Of a DNA stretch of 64,000 nucleotides, positions 27,613 through 42,429 are shown piece by piece. Under the pieces are notes generated by a model. It did no database searches and had not been told where the DNA came from. It was given only the letters and a program-made list of their open reading frames with translations. The DNA comes from Cycas panzhihuaensis. Taxonomy: Eukaryota > Plantae > Cycadophyta. Positions within the stretch are counted from its first letter, which is position 1. Each line of letters starts with the position of its first letter. The DNA is taken from the NCBI GenBank assembly GCA_023213395.1, contig CM041465.1:58969741-59033740 (forward strand), given 5' to 3'. Position numbers and translations under genes: made by a program.

Positions 27613-27828
27613 TTCTTAGGGCGGCAGACTCGAGCTGGTGGCCGTATTCCAGCAGAAAAGATGGATCTCATGAACACTGTGAATCAGTTGTTGGCTGAAA
27701 CAAATAAGCTCAAAAGTGAAAAGCTTGCCTTGGAGGAAGAGCTTAAGAATCAAAGGCGCACTCAAGTGCGTGATCGTGTGAAGAGAACAATAACATCCAG
27801 AGATGTTGAATTGGCAGCATCCAACAAG
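27613..27828 (+). CDS. Coiled-coil host gene, coding exon 7 (acceptor may be 27628); gene apparently continues beyond the window
   Basis: atgcag| ...KMDLMNTVNQLLAETNKLKSEKLALEEELKNQRR...AASNK |gtaaac; 72 codons; no stop in the spliced frame. Confidence 0.82.
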
Positions 27829-28638
27829 GTAAACCAATGCACTATTCTTTTCCTAAATTCTGCGAAGTGGCTTGCAATATTGAAGACTCTGATTTTTACC
27901 TCTTTTGTTAAAGATACAGAGTGCTCATGTGCCTTATTTCACAGGCACATCTTATGCATGTATCAAAGTGCTGACAAGAGATGTGGAATTGAATTAGCTT
28001 TTATTTGGATGTTAGAGGGAGTGACTCAATACTGTGTGATAGATGAAAAAGAAATTATGCTATTTTAAAGAGGGTGCAGCACAAAATTATGTGTTCATAT
28101 TGAGAAAATGTGTGGATGATTTACATGCCCATGTAGATGGATCCCACACCATCATCAGTCACCATGAGATGGTTTCTTTTGCTGGCTGCTTAGGACTTCA
28201 TTCCAATAACTATTCCAACATGATAAACTCCTCTGTTTTAGCAGATCTGGCTTTATCTAGATTCCTATGACTCTGCTCCTTACAATATCCAATCCAAAAG
28301 AAGAAATTTGAACTTCATTTTTTGTTATTGACAACATGAGGCATAGCACTAGTATGGAATGAAATAGACTAACAATTCATAGAAATTGGAAATAGTTTTC
28401 TTCACCAATGGGTTTAATTTTTTCAAGTTATCTTATTTTCAACAACTGCCTACTTGCTGTCTAAAGTGACAAAAACAGCTTTTAATAAACCCCTTCATAG
28501 GATGTCATAGGAAATAGATCGTAATTTGAATGGTTCTTACAGAAGTAATATTATTTGGTTGAGAAAATGATGTATTCCAAAAGATCCTAGATACTTGCGC
28601 ATGATCCATCAAAGGTGATATTTTTTTTTGGAAAAGCA

Positions 28639-31600
28639 TGTGATGAACTGAAAACTAAAATAGAAAAGAAATTTTTGAATTACAACAGGAAATTATGGCC
28701 AAAACATCCCTATCCAAGAGCGCCTAAAAGAATAAATTCACGATTCTAAAGCCTAATGAGCAAACATTTATCTAGTGGCTTACTCTGATTATTTTATCAA
28801 TTTTAATTATATTTGAAGTCAGTATTTCTTTTGGGTTGCATGAATGCAACCTTACTTTAATTATTTTAGTCATTTTAATTCCATTTGAAGTCAATATTTT
28901 GTTTAGTGGCAAAAATGCTTCTTATAAGAAAGCAGTTTTACCTACAAAACTCAAGGTGGTTGATGAAATCCTAAGACTCCCATGTTGCCTCTTTTGCTGA
29001 TAAGCCTTTCCATTTGATTAAGTATTTGTTTATTACCTTGGATCTAAGTTGTCTTTGCTACGTTTTTATAATGTTCTGAGGCTCTAGTATAACCTTCTGT
29101 TCTTCATCTATGATTGGCAGCTTAGTGGTAGAACTAATATTAGAGCCTACCTTTTTTCTCATACTAAAAACATGGAAAACATTATGAATCCTGTTTTGAG
29201 GTAGTAGGTTGAGGGCATATGCCACTTCTCCTATCCTCCTTTGAATTTGATAAATCCTATAATATTGTGGTGTGAGTTTAAATTTTTCTTGTTGGTGTAG
29301 TGATACTTGCTTGTGTAGTTGTAGACGTATGTACACCCTGTTTCCAATATCAAAAGCGTGCTCAATTTGGCATTGATCTGCTTGTTTTATCCTATTTCTT
29401 GCATTGTCATAATTGCTCTTCAATTCATTAAGTATTTGGTTGAACTATTAGATCAATACTTTAATAGCAGGTATTTAAGTGACTTTTTGGATATTGTCAG
29501 TTGCTTTAAGCAGTTGGTATCCATATAGCATCATGAATGGGCTAGTTAGATTATTGTGTGATAAGTTGTATTATACCAATATTCTACCAAATGGATCCAT
29601 TTTATCCGCTCAGTTTAGTTGTCCCTAGTAAAATAATGTACTTATAATTTCAAGCACTTGTTAACTACCTCTGTGTCCATCTATTTGAGGATGGTATGCA
29701 ATGCTCATAGCATGTTCTATTCCTGTCAATCTAAAATGTCCTTTTCAATAGTTATTAATATACTTGGCAACTCTATTAGATATAACCTCCTTTCGGTAAC
29801 TTATGGAATTTATAGATGTTCTTCATAAATAATTTTGTTATTTGAAGAGCATTGAAGCTAGATTGCATAGATACAAAGTGGCCATATTTCTTGAGGTGAT
29901 CCACTACTACAAAAATGGTATCCTTCACTTCTAACTTGGGTATGCTAGCAATAAAATCTATCAAAATCTCCTCCCATTTTTGCTATGGAATTGGAAGAGG
30001 TTGTAGTAATCCAAGGTATTAAGTGCATTTAGATTTTGTATGTCTTCCTCATTCCTTTTCAATAAAAAAGATCTTCTCATCCTTCATAAATTTTTGAAAA
30101 CCTAAAATATCTTATTGGTGGAGTTTAATGGAATTTTTTGAGTAACCTCTCCCTTAGTATTAGGTCCTTGGGAATGTATATTCTGCCTTTGTACAATAGG
30201 GTGTTGCCACTAGTCTTCCATTGTGGTTGATTTGTCTCTTTCTTATATTGTTCGATCCTCCAAATGAGTTTTGGATCACTTATATATGCTTAGTGGAGTT
30301 CCTTTATATATGTGGGTTGAGAGACCGATAATGTTGAACATTCTCCTCCTTTATATTTCCTAGAGAGATCATCCATTGTAACATTTTCTTTGCCCTTGTT
30401 ATACACTATCTCAATGTCATAATCTAGATTTTACAAACCCATTTTTGTTGTTCTTAAAATATATTAAGTTGTGTTAAAAAGTATTTAAGGCTTTGGTGAT
30501 TGGTCTTAATGATGAATTTGCTTTTTAATAAATACCATCACCATTTGGTTAAGGCATAAAGAAAGGCCAACATTTCTTTATCATATGTGCTCTTGGCTTG
30601 TTTCCATAAATTTAACTTCTTACTCTCATATGCGATCGGTTAATCTTTCTATAGGTGGGCTGCCCCAATTCCTATTCTTGAAGTGTTACAGTAAGCTATG
30701 AACAATTATGAAATATTAGGCATTGTTAAAACTAGAGTAGTGGTGATTGCATTCTTGATAGTGCTAAACTTTGATTAGTCATTTCCCCCATTTGAATCCA
30801 TTCTCTTTGCATAAATCTATTAATGGGCCCACAATTATGGCATAACATTTAATAAAATTTCTATAATACCTAATAAGTCCTAGAAAGCCTCAAACTTTTG
30901 AGATATTTTTTGTAGTTGGCCAATCGATAATGGCTTGTACCTTGGCTGGATCAATCTTTAGCCTTTCCTAAGATATTATGTGCCCTAAATAGTGTAATGT
31001 TTTTCTCCTTGAGCTAAATTTGGATCTCTTTACATAAAACGTTTTGGTTTGTAATGTTGATAATGCTAACTCTAGGTGTTGATGTTCCTCCTACATTTTG
31101 CTATAGATTAGAATGTTGTCAAAGAAAACTAGGACAAATATCCTTAAAAAAGTTGTAAATACTTAATTCATTATCAATTGGAATGTAGCTACTGCATTAG
31201 AAGGTCAAGAGGCATGGTTTAACTCAAATGGTTCCTAATGCATTTAGAAGGATGTTTTTTTTGTGTCTTACAAGCATATTGGAATATAACTGTCTTAAAC
31301 AAAGATCAAATTTTGGAAAAGTAGGTAGCTCCATGTAGCTCATCAATTATATTGTCCATCGAAGAGATTGGATATTTGTTTTTAATTGTTATCTCATTCA
31401 ATGCTCAATAGTCTACATACATTTGAAAAGATCCATCTTTCTTTCTAAGTATGACTATTGGTTTAGCATATGGGCTTTTGATGGTGGTTACTATTCCATT
31501 ATCTATGAATTCCTGAGCGAACCTTTCAATCTCAATTTTGTATTTGTGTCTATATCAGTAGGGCTTGACTACCGTGGGTCTTTTTCCTAGCTCAATCTTA

Positions 31601-34309
31601 ATCATATATTCTATACTTCTACTATGCAATAAGGTGTTCGGTAGTTCACAAAATACCTATGAGTGCCTCTCCAACACTTTGTTTAGTCGCCATTGTTGTT
31701 GGGTGTCTAGAGACTCTTATCACTTTTCTTCTTATATGGTGAAGATCCTCACTATAAAACCTGCTTGCTCCTTTTGTAATAGTTTGTCCATTTTCTCTAT
31801 AGGGATGAATGATGATTTTGGAGTCTCATTCTCTGAAATCTAGTGCAATTGCTTATTCATATAGAACTAGATGGAGTTTCCATCATGGTTGATCTATATG
31901 TTCCTAATGTCCTTAACCATTCCATTCCCATTACTACATCAAAGAACATTGAAGGTGTAGAAATTCATGGTGATCATTATTGTACCCAATTGAATTTAAT
32001 GTTGCCTAATTTCTCCATGGTAGGGAATTCAATCCCTTTCAAGTATAGTGATGTTGAAGTTTCTTTTCTTATCTATATTGAGCCCTAACTCTTGGCAACA
32101 CTGGCATTGATAAAGTTATGGGTGCTCCTTTAATCAATAAGCATAATAAGCTTTTGTTTTCAAATGTATCCATATACCTTGACGGTATTGCATTGTTGGA
32201 TTCTAAATAGAGCGACCATAGATATTTCAAGTTGACCATTATCTAGGACTTCAGTTTTTCATAATTTATCATCTTGTTGATCATCTAGGATGTCTACTTG
32301 CTCCTTTTATTGCTCTTCCTCCATCTCTTATTCTTGGCCATCTTTTGTTTCTTCTACATATGCTTGCTTCCTTTTAGGGAAAATACAATAGTTCCTTTGT
32401 TCCCATTTTTGTTGATAATCATAACAGAGTTTTTGAGCTCTCTTTCTAGATTTTTTAAGATCTTCTTTGATGAAGGGTCTAGAATTAGTAGGTGGAATTG
32501 ATTCCCTTGACAACATGGCTAGCCTCCTGTGGGAGGGAAGATAGGGTGTTGCTCTTTGATTAGCATATTATCTCACCATCATAGTTACGTGACATGCTTC
32601 CATTTGTTGTGCCTTGCTTATTGCCCTTTCTAGAGTCAATGGTTCAAACCGTTATACATTCTCACATATGTTATCTCAAAGGTTGCTTATGTAGAATGGT
32701 AAGGCATCTTTAGCCTTGACATTGCCCTTAATCTATAGTCTTTCAAACTCTTTCATATATAGCCTTACTGAAGTTTTGCCTAGGAAATAATGGGCCAATT
32801 GTACATGGGATAGATCTCCCCAATTGTCTCTTGTCATTTCTTGAAGGCATTGATGTACTCATTGAATTCTGTGACTCCCTAATGTTCCTATCTCCATGTA
32901 AGTACCTAGATGTATAAGGGTCCTTTAATGCATTCTATGCCAATGTCTAGTTGGTCCTTGGCATCTATGATATTGAAAATTTGAATGCATTATTAGCTTA
33001 CCTTTGCTACCCATTTGTCAAAATCTATCTCACCATGTTGGGAGTAATATAGTATTATGTGGTTATGTTAAAATAGTGGCATTCTTATTTTTGTAGAATT
33101 TTTTGCTCCTTTGGACTCCTTTCTGACTTCTTTACTACTATTCTTCCCTCTAATTCTTCCATAAATTCTTTTAATTCTTTCATCCATGCTTTGCATAAAT
33201 GCTTTGATTCCATTTAGGGATCTGTGGGTATCTAACATCTCCTTCTCAAGTTGTTTGAGACAAAGATCAATTTCTTTTCTTGAGAATTTTGACATCTTGG
33301 TTTTCTCCTTATACTCAACTTTAAAGGGCTTTTGAGTACCTGATCATAGCTCTAGTGTTAAATTCACTAGTTGTTATGTGATGTATTCTACTATCTTCAA
33401 TTTCTTTCTTCTTCCTTTGTGACGAAGCCTTGGTATTAAGATCAATTTCAAACTAAAATTTTTATTTCAATTGTTTATCAAAATGCATCATTCAATAGCT
33501 CAACATGATGGACTCTAAACTTAGTTTTCAATGGTTCAAACAGAATCAAATTTTGATACTTGTCGTAGGAGTTATGGCCCTTTTAAAGTGGATCAAAATT
33601 TAGGGTTTTGGGGACTACAACAATATCTGCTATTAAAATAATGATAATTTTTTATCTTGATATCCAATCAAATTGAAAGCACTTCCAACAAAAAATAGAC
33701 TTCAAGGCATAGTTATTAAAAAAAAAAATTGAGGTCAATCAAATACTTGTAGCAAAAGCTATGGTCATTTAAAGTTGTAGTAGTAGATTTTATGTCCTAT
33801 AGACAGTGATGGACAATAGGTTGAAATTGAATTTTTTATAATTTTTATAATTTTGTTCTAAAACCTATAATATAACCATTCAAGATTTATGGCATGAGTC
33901 TATTTATCTCAAATTAATAGTTTATTTTGAAATTCATTCAACTACACTTCAAAAATTGTAAATCTTTGATAATCCCCTTAATTCACCAATTTGAGCTCTA
34001 ATACCACTTGTGATAAAATCAAAATTAAAACTGAAAAGAAATTCTTAAATTATGGTAAAAAATTATAGCTAAGACATTTTCAACCCTAAGGGTGCCTAAA
34101 GGAATAGATTTCAAATCAAAATAAATTCATAATTTTAAAGTTTAACGAGTAAGTTTTTATATAGTGGTTTACTTTGATTATTTTAATTATTTTTAATTAT
34201 ATTTGAAGCCAATATTTTTCTTGGATTTTGTAAATGCAATTTTACTCTAATTATTTTAATCATTTTTAATTCTAATTGAAGTAGGTATTTTTTTTAAGTT
34301 GTGGAAACA
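28639..34309 (-). mobile_element. Full-length decayed Ty3/Gypsy B (chromovirus, Reina-like, ~5.7 kb)
   Basis: LTRs 28639-~28913 and 34009-34309; PBS complement gctctaatacca 33995-34006; gag-PR-RT-RH-INT remnants (ORFs 29058-29423, 29776-29964); chromodomain YLIKWKGLSAKEATWES at ~28975-29025; TSD not clean. Confidence 0.9.
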
Positions 34310-34939
34310 TAACAAAACACTTCAAGCTTCTTGTTACTTTGGTTGAGGAGTTTCTTTTGATTAAAGTTTGATGGTCTTCTCATTAGGATTTCATTTAACC
34401 TTCCTGTAATATGTCCATTGATTGTTAGCAATTTAAAATTATGGAAACAAGCCCCTTTCTTGTTGTATACATTGTTGCATGCCCCTTGAGTTGTACTTTG
34501 GCTTTGAACATGCATCATTATTCCAAGAAGTATTGCATTTTGTCTATAGTCATCCACAATATTGTTATATAATGAGCCAATTTTTAAGATGGCTAAATTA
34601 TAATAACTTTGTTAAATAACTTATGTTAGTAGGACTACTTTATTAGTTGGATGACTTTTAACTAATATTAATCTTGTGGAAATATTTCATTGAGTTCTAA
34701 TTCTTATAAGTAGCATCTTGAAAACCAATTATTTTAATGGTTGGCTTCAACTTATGGAACTTGCCTTCTTACAATAGATTTCTTTTGTCCTTATAGTAAT
34801 CCATTGGTAAAATGATTAGGTGCTCTTCAAGAGGCATTAAAGCCCTTAACCTTGCTCTCTAGTAGTCCCATGCTATATTGCCCACTTGCCATCACTACAA
34901 TTTCTAGAACTTAAGGCATAATTTATCCAATTTGGCCAT

Positions 34940-35854
34940 TGTTGAAAACCAAATTGAAAAATTGAATGATCTTTATTGATTCATGAGATGAATGGTCTCT
35001 CTTATATACAATTGATTTATATAACAAATCTAGTACATGTATGACAAGGATCACTTTAAGACAGAAGAGGGACAACGACACATAACCCTCAATTCACATA
35101 AAGATCATTATAGTGCAAGTCTTAGGATAAAATATTAATATTCTAACACCCTCCCTTAATGTTTTACCCTTTATTTTTTTATTCCAAGCAAGTCTCTGAA
35201 ATACTAAAATTTATCTTTTGATAATGATTTTCTGAAGATGCAACTCATTAATCATTACTGCAATATTGTAAGTATATTTCTTTATTTTGGATCTTTCTTT
35301 TGATGAAATGATGAATAAATTCTATGTGTTTGATTCTTGCATGGAGGACATGGATTTTGGTGAGTATGATAACACTTGGGTTGTCACAGTAGATTGTAGT
35401 TATTTTTTAACAGCTTTGATTTAGATCCTTTAAGAGTTGTTTTAAACAAGTTGTTTCATAGGTTGCATTTACTGTAGCTTTATACTCTGCTTCTATTGAG
35501 GGCAGGGCTACTATTGGTTATTTTTTACTACTCCAAGATGTTATGGCTGTTCTAAGATCAAAGTAGTAGCCTGATGTGGTCTTCCTTTCCTAAAGTTCTC
35601 CTACCCAGTTAGAGTCAGTGAATCCAAGTAAGTTTGGTTTGTTTACTTTGGTATATTTTAGTCCAAGATCTAATGTACCTTTAATGTATCTTAAGATTTA
35701 TTTTACAACATTTTAGTGAACAATCTTTGGATTGTGCATGAACTTGGAAATAATTCCAATGGAAAAGGATATATCTAATCTTATGGCTGTTAAGTAAATG
35801 AGACTTTCAACAAGTTGTCTAAAGAGAGTTTCATTTACTTTATGATGATTGTCT
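34940..35854 (-). mobile_element. Copia C, 3' portion (3' LTR, PPT, RNase H, RT C-terminus); interrupted by D
   Basis: LTR 34940-35148 (tgttg...taaca); PPT complement ccctccctt at 35149; minus-strand TSGYYF..SWSSKK..IYCDN motifs; cut at 35855 by D's LTR. Confidence 0.85.
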
Positions 35855-38800
35855 TGTTAACTTCACGAATAGAACAAACTAGAATATTGATGTAAAGATG
35901 ACTTGAATTATGGTGAGACAACGTATCCTTAAATATACATGGTTGAATACAGCCATCACAAAATGAATTGTAATCGACACTCCAGAACATGATACGTGTC
36001 AGGAATATAGAGAGAGTTACAAAGAAGGGTTTATAACACTACCCGTTTAATAACTAGGATAAAATATTATACTTTAACACCCTCTCTTAATGTTTTATCC
36101 TCTTTAGACCTATCTTATCTCTAAGAGTTTGAAATTTGTCTCTCCCAAGAGGCTTTGCTAATATATTTGCAACTTGTTCTGCTATGGGGCAGTATGTCAA
36201 ATCAATTTCTTTGTTATGAACCTTTTCTTTTATGAAATGGTGATATACTTCTGTATGCTTTGTCTTTGCATATAGAACTGAGTTTTTAGTCAGCTTGATT
36301 ATACTCTAATTGTTAGAGTTCAGAGTTGTTTTAGAAGAAAAGTATCATATACAATATCGGTAGGAACAAATTATTAAGCATTCACAGGAAGAAATTGACA
36401 TTGTACACGTACACATTTTTGGCAGGTGGAAAACCCCTTCTGGGGAAGAAAACCACCTCTGAAAGTATGAGTTTATTGGTTGAAATCTTTTACAAAGACT
36501 TGAAGATCAGACCTGACCAGAAATGCCCTCTACATACCAAACTAATGGTGAAAACCAACCTTCAGACAGGCTTATAATAGCCTCCTAGATTCTTGGAACA
36601 ACTCCTAGAATCTAGGAGAGGTTAATTAAACAATGAGAGATTTGTTGAAATGGTTAGTTGCTCATTTCAACGACCTTTATATAATAAATAATAATTAACA
36701 TTAATTTTATAAAATTAACTTTTACATAACTTAAATTTATATTTAGACATGTGATCAAAAAGTAACATTAGTTTTTCTAACATCCTCATTTAATGTTAAC
36801 TTTTTGTATAATAAAGACGATAAAGAAAGTCTTCATCATGTTGATTCCCTTTTGATAGAGATTTCTTTTATCTTTAGAAAATCTCACAAGTTTAGAAAAT
36901 TGACTTCAGTCAATAACTTGGTAAGAATATCAGCAACTTGTAAATCAATTTCATATAAAAGAGATTTGATCCATAGTGTTTATTTGCTTGCTTCAATGAG
37001 TGCTTGATATTTAGCTTCGGTTGTTGATAGAGCTAGCGCCTACAATTTTTTACTAGACCATGTGATAGTTGATGAATCTAGAAAAAAAACATAACCTGTT
37101 GTTGACTTACGATCATTTGTGTCGCCTACCCCATCTGAATTAGTATATCCTGTTATGGTTAGAGGATTATTGCAAGAATTATAAGTTAGGCCATAAAAAA
37201 TACTATTTTGAAGATATCGAAGAATACGTTTAGCAGCTTTCCAGTGTGATTCATATGGGTTTTGCATATAATGCAAATATAAAGCAATAGCATAAGATAT
37301 ATTTAGTCGAGTATGCATTAAATAAATAAAAGTCGATAAAATTTTTATATAAAGTTGGATCACACAGGGGTGTGGAACAGTTAGTAGATAATTTTATTCA
37401 TGATTGTAAAAGATTAGAAATCGGTTTAGTGTTTTTCATGTTAAATCGTTTTATTAGATCTAAAATATATTTTGGTTGAAATATAGTTATTTTTGAATTA
37501 TGTTAGTAAAATTGTCATCCGAAAAAATAGTGTAAAAGACCTAGATCGGTCATTTCCAATTTATTTATCAAGGTTGTTTTTAGTTAATGAATGTTATTGT
37601 TTGAAGATCCTGTGATGATGATATCATCAACATATAGAATTAATATAGTAATATTCCTATCTTCACATTTAAAATAGAGATTTAGATCATTGATACATCT
37701 AGTATATCCAATTTGAATTAAGTAATCATCAACTTTTGTATACTAAGTTCAAGGAGCTTGTTTCAATCCATAGATGGATTTTTTTAATTTATAAACTAAG
37801 TTAGGATTGTCAATAAAACTAGGAGGTTGAGTCATGTATATTTTTTCTTTGAGATCACCATTTAAAAAAGTGCTCTTAACATCCATTTGATGAATTTCTC
37901 AACCAAATTTGGCTGTTAGAGCAATAACAATTTTAATAGTATTCATCTTTGCAACAGGTGCGAAGGTTTCATTATAGTCTATACCATCGATTTGAGAGAA
38001 TCCTTTCGCAATTAGGTGAGCTTTGTATTTTTCAATAGTTCCTGATGAATTAAATTTGGTTTGATAAACTCATTTACAATCAACTAGATTTTTTGCTAGT
38101 GGAAGTGGAATAAGATACCAAGTTGAATTCTTATTTAAAGAATCAATTTCAACTTACATGACTTGCTGCCATATGGGATTGTTACTAGTTTGTTTAAATG
38201 TTTTAGGATTATCACTAGTCATTATTTTAGTCATTAGTACATAATTAGTTTATAATTTTTGAGAACATGTTCTCCTGATATCTGAAGGATTACCTATGTC
38301 AAATTCAATATCAGAAAGAGTTTTTTTTGCTCATACAGGCTGTTTGTTTGTGAGAGTTTCTATAGTCATAGGTTGATTAGGTTGAGTGGAAGGATCAATA
38401 ATAGTTGGTTTAGATAATGTCTAATTCTGGATTTACATAGATAGGGATTCTATCATTTCAAGGTCAGCTTATTTTTGAGAGGAGTAAACAAAATAGGTAT
38501 TGATTAACAGATTCTCAATAGGAAGTTCTACATAAGTAGAGGTTGAAGAGGATCATTCTTCATCAAATATTACATCATGCAAAATTGAGATTTTATACGT
38601 GACTGGATCTAAAAGTTTATAAGCTTTGCTCTGTTCGCTGTATCCAACGAAGATGTATTTTTGACTTTTAGGATCAAGTTTCTTGTATTTTTTTTTGAAA
38701 ACGTGTCCCCATGCAATATTTTCAAAGATTCTAAGATATTTAACTGAGAGATTTCGTCTAGACTATTTTTGTTCTGGCGTAACATTTTGTAAAGATTTAT

Positions 38801-41800
38801 TAGGTAATTGGTTTAAAAGATAGTTAAAGCAGAAAATTGCTTCTGTCCACAACTTTAAGTCAAGATTCTTTGCATGTAACATGCATCGAGTCATTTCGAC
38901 AAGAGTATGGTTCTTGCATTCAACAACACCATTTTATTGAGGAGTATAGGTAATAGAATGTTGAAATTAAATTTCGTGTCTCTTACAAAAAGAAGTAAAT
39001 TTGCCACTTAGGTACTCTTTGACATTATCAGATTTGAAAATTTTAATCTTTGGGTTTGATTGATTTTCAATAAGTGTTTTGAATTCATTGAAGATATCAA
39101 ACACTTGATTACGAGTCTTGAGTATGTACACCCCATATTTTCTCGAAAAATCATCAATAAAGGTGAAGAAATAATGACTGTCAAAGTAAGAAGTTACATG
39201 GAATGATCTACATATATTAGAGTGAACAAGTTCAAGTGGAACTTTTGTTCTAAATTATGTCTGATATGGAAAGGGATCTATGTGTTGCTTACATATTACG
39301 TAGGCTTCGCAAACACCATAAACAATATTTAGGGTAGAAAGACCATGAACCATATCATGTCTTTTTAGATATTGAAGTTTGTCATAATTAGTATGGCCAA
39401 ACCGTGCATGCTATAATTTACTGATTATGTCAGATTTGACTATAAAGGCATTAAAATATTTTGTTTTAGTATTTTGTAAATTAGTTAAGCTATAGAGACT
39501 TGTTTTATGATCAACATATCTAGAGGTAATAGATTTGAATTTGTTTAATGGTTCTTTAATAATAAATTTATCTTTCTAGAATTTGATAATAAGATCTTTC
39601 TAGCAGATTTGGTAAACAGAAAGAAGATTTGATAATAAATAAGGCACGTAGAAGACATCCTTAACTAAACCATCTTTCAGAGTGACATTACCTGATCCTT
39701 TTACTTTGAGTTGGAATCCACTCCCAAAAGAAATATCTTCTTCAAAGTTAGTATCAGATTGATAAGTGGATAAATTCTCCTGGTGTTCTGTTATGTGATG
39801 GGAAGCACTAGAGTTAAGAATCCATTATGGTGATATACTAGATGGAGCAATAAAGGCATAGGTAGAAGTAGTTAAAGAACGATTATATGATTGGGGTTAA
39901 GTTTGAATTCTTTTAGAATCTTTTCAAGTTTCTGAAGCTATTCTATTTCTACAGACATCAATGGCATGGCCTTTTTTGTGACAATAGGCACAACTGATGT
40001 TCTGTGAAGGATAAACGGTGTTCCGTTTTAGAAGAGACTATTTAGATGTATTCTGATATTTAGGTGGATTAGAGTACTTAGTGTTGTTTTGAGAACTAAA
40101 AGGTAGACCTCTATGAGGTTTCTAGAATTTTGGATTACTATTAAAGTTGTTCTGATGTTTAGTTTTATTTTGAGGCTTAGTTTTGGAAAAGAAAGCCTGA
40201 GAAGAATCTTTTAATTTACCTATTTAAATTAACATCGTTTGATGTTCTATCAGTTTGTTTGTCAATTAATTAAAAGTTATTAGAGGATTACCAACTTGTT
40301 GTCTAGCAGTATTGAAAAGATTAAAGTATTTTGGTAGTTTATTTATCGTAAGATGAATGAGCGTATCATCGTTTTTAGCATGTGTGACTATTTATTTTTT
40401 ATCACCTACTTTAATTATAATTTTAATACAGTTGCCTAGATCTTTATTGATTAGTTGAGTTTTAGATAAAAAGTCTTCAACTTTAAAAAAATCATCATAA
40501 TTAAGGTCATACAATTGTTGTTTTAGGACAATCAATTGTTGTGTGTCAACCTTATCATATTTCTCCTTAAGAGTATTCAAGACAATGGTTAGATCGTCTA
40601 AATTAGAGAACTGTCGATTGATTTATGGTAATAAAGATGTTAGGATGGTGTTTAGGGCTACATCAGAGTTCATAAGATATACCATATGGATTTCTGAAGT
40701 TGCATCTTTTGGTTTTTTGAATTCACCTATTATATATCGTCATATCTTCTGTTGTTTAAGCTAATAGGAAATGCGATTCTTCTAATCGGCATAGTTTGAA
40801 ATTTCATTTAATCTGGAATCGACGCAGTGGTTGTCCCTGGTATTAGTGCCATATTAGGAATTGAAAACGTTGATTAGAAGTTTGTTTGAGTCAAAAAATT
40901 TGGAGAATCTAGATGAAGAAGTGTAGGTGATAAAAGTCACATAAAAAATTACTAAACATCAAAGTAATCCTATTAACATTTCATTGATAATTAACATACA
41001 TATTTAATCGAATGACAAGAAATTGAAAATCATTATTATTTAAGTTTGTTTGGATATCCTTCTCCTAGAGAAAAAGAATTAAATATTCCCTTTTTCTAAA
41101 AAAACATGTTAATAGTCCCCCTTATTGTTTTAAAGAAATTGAAGAATAAGTTACTTGTTCAATTACAAGCAAAAGAGTTTGAGTGTTGAATTAAAAAAGG
41201 AGTTAAAAAAAAAGGGTTTTATTTGTTTTAATTGATCAATACATTAAGATAAGTAGAGAGTGTTAATCATTTTATAAATGAAATGTAATAAGGGGTTAAT
41301 CATTAATGAATTAAATAAATTAAATTAAAAAAAATATATAATTAAGAGATGACGGACTTGAACTAACTATTAATGAAATAAAATTATTTTTGTATTGGCA
41401 GAAACATTGAAATGTTTTAAATTTTATTTGGGGTGTGAGGGGGGGGAGGAAACCCTACTTGGTTCGCGTTCTTCAGATCAACAGAGGTAGCGGCGAGGGA
41501 TTTCGCTCTGCATTCTTCAACTCAATAGAGGCGTCTCTTCGGATCAGAGACGGAGGAGCAGCCAGAAGCAAAGCTCTTTAGTCATCGTATGACATGCATG
41601 GAAACCTGCCTTCACTGCAACAATTCAAGAGCTTGGACCATTCCATCCATCTCATGTTTGTTCCTTTAATAAATTCACCAAACCCTGCCCTTGGACCAGG
41701 TGCTTCTGTTCAATTTACCTTGCCATTGTCGGGGTTTATTCTTCACCTTGGGATGAGAATAGCCATTTTCTATCTCTCTTGGTGACGTACGTTTATTATC

Positions 41801-41836
41801 CTTCTATGTTTTGATATTTTCAACCCCTTTGCATCT

Positions 41837-42381
41837 GACTGGGGGTGGTGCAAACAAAAGCTTGGAGCAACTACAATATTAGCTATGTCCCTTGCCATTT
41901 GCAAAGTTGGAGCTTTTGTAAAGAAGATACCTCTTTATCAGCACATTACCAATCTTGATGGAAACAAATCATTAGTGATACTTATCCCTGCCTTCAATGT
42001 TATCAATGGAGGCTCACATGCAGGCAACAAACTTGCAATGCAGGAGTTCATAATTCTTCCTGTGGGGGTTTCTTCATTTAGAGAGGCCATGAAAATGGGT
42101 ACAGAAGTTTACCATTATTTGAAGGCTGTAAAGAAGAAATATGGTCATGATGCAACAAATATTGGAAATAAAGGAGGCTTTGCTCCTAATATTTAGGACA
42201 ATAAAGAAGGCCTTGAATTATTGAAGACTGCCACTGGCAAGGTTATTATTAGCACAGATGCTACAGCTTCTGAGTTTTATAGTAAGAAGGATCACCTATA
42301 TGATTTGAACTTCAAGGAGGAGAATAATGAAGGGAGCTAGAAGATATCAAGATCTGAGCTAATCAGGCTATATGAATCATT
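41837..42381 (+). pseudogene. ENO: Processed cytosolic enolase fragment, aa ~103-290
   Basis: [10 protein letters not shown]...[21 protein letters not shown]...[19 protein letters not shown]...ASEFY...[10 protein letters not shown]...LYES; plant-type WGWC insert; no introns; 2 stops, small in-frame deletions. Confidence 0.96.
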
Positions 42382-42429
42382 ATTAAAACATAGAGGCCGA
42401 ATCTCTGTGCACTTGATATCAAAGTGAAC

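Noticed and set aside
34294-34930. Minus-strand ORF 34294-34557 or a further host exon
   Set aside because: No coiled-coil in-frame exon found on +; the minus ORF has no convincing motif.
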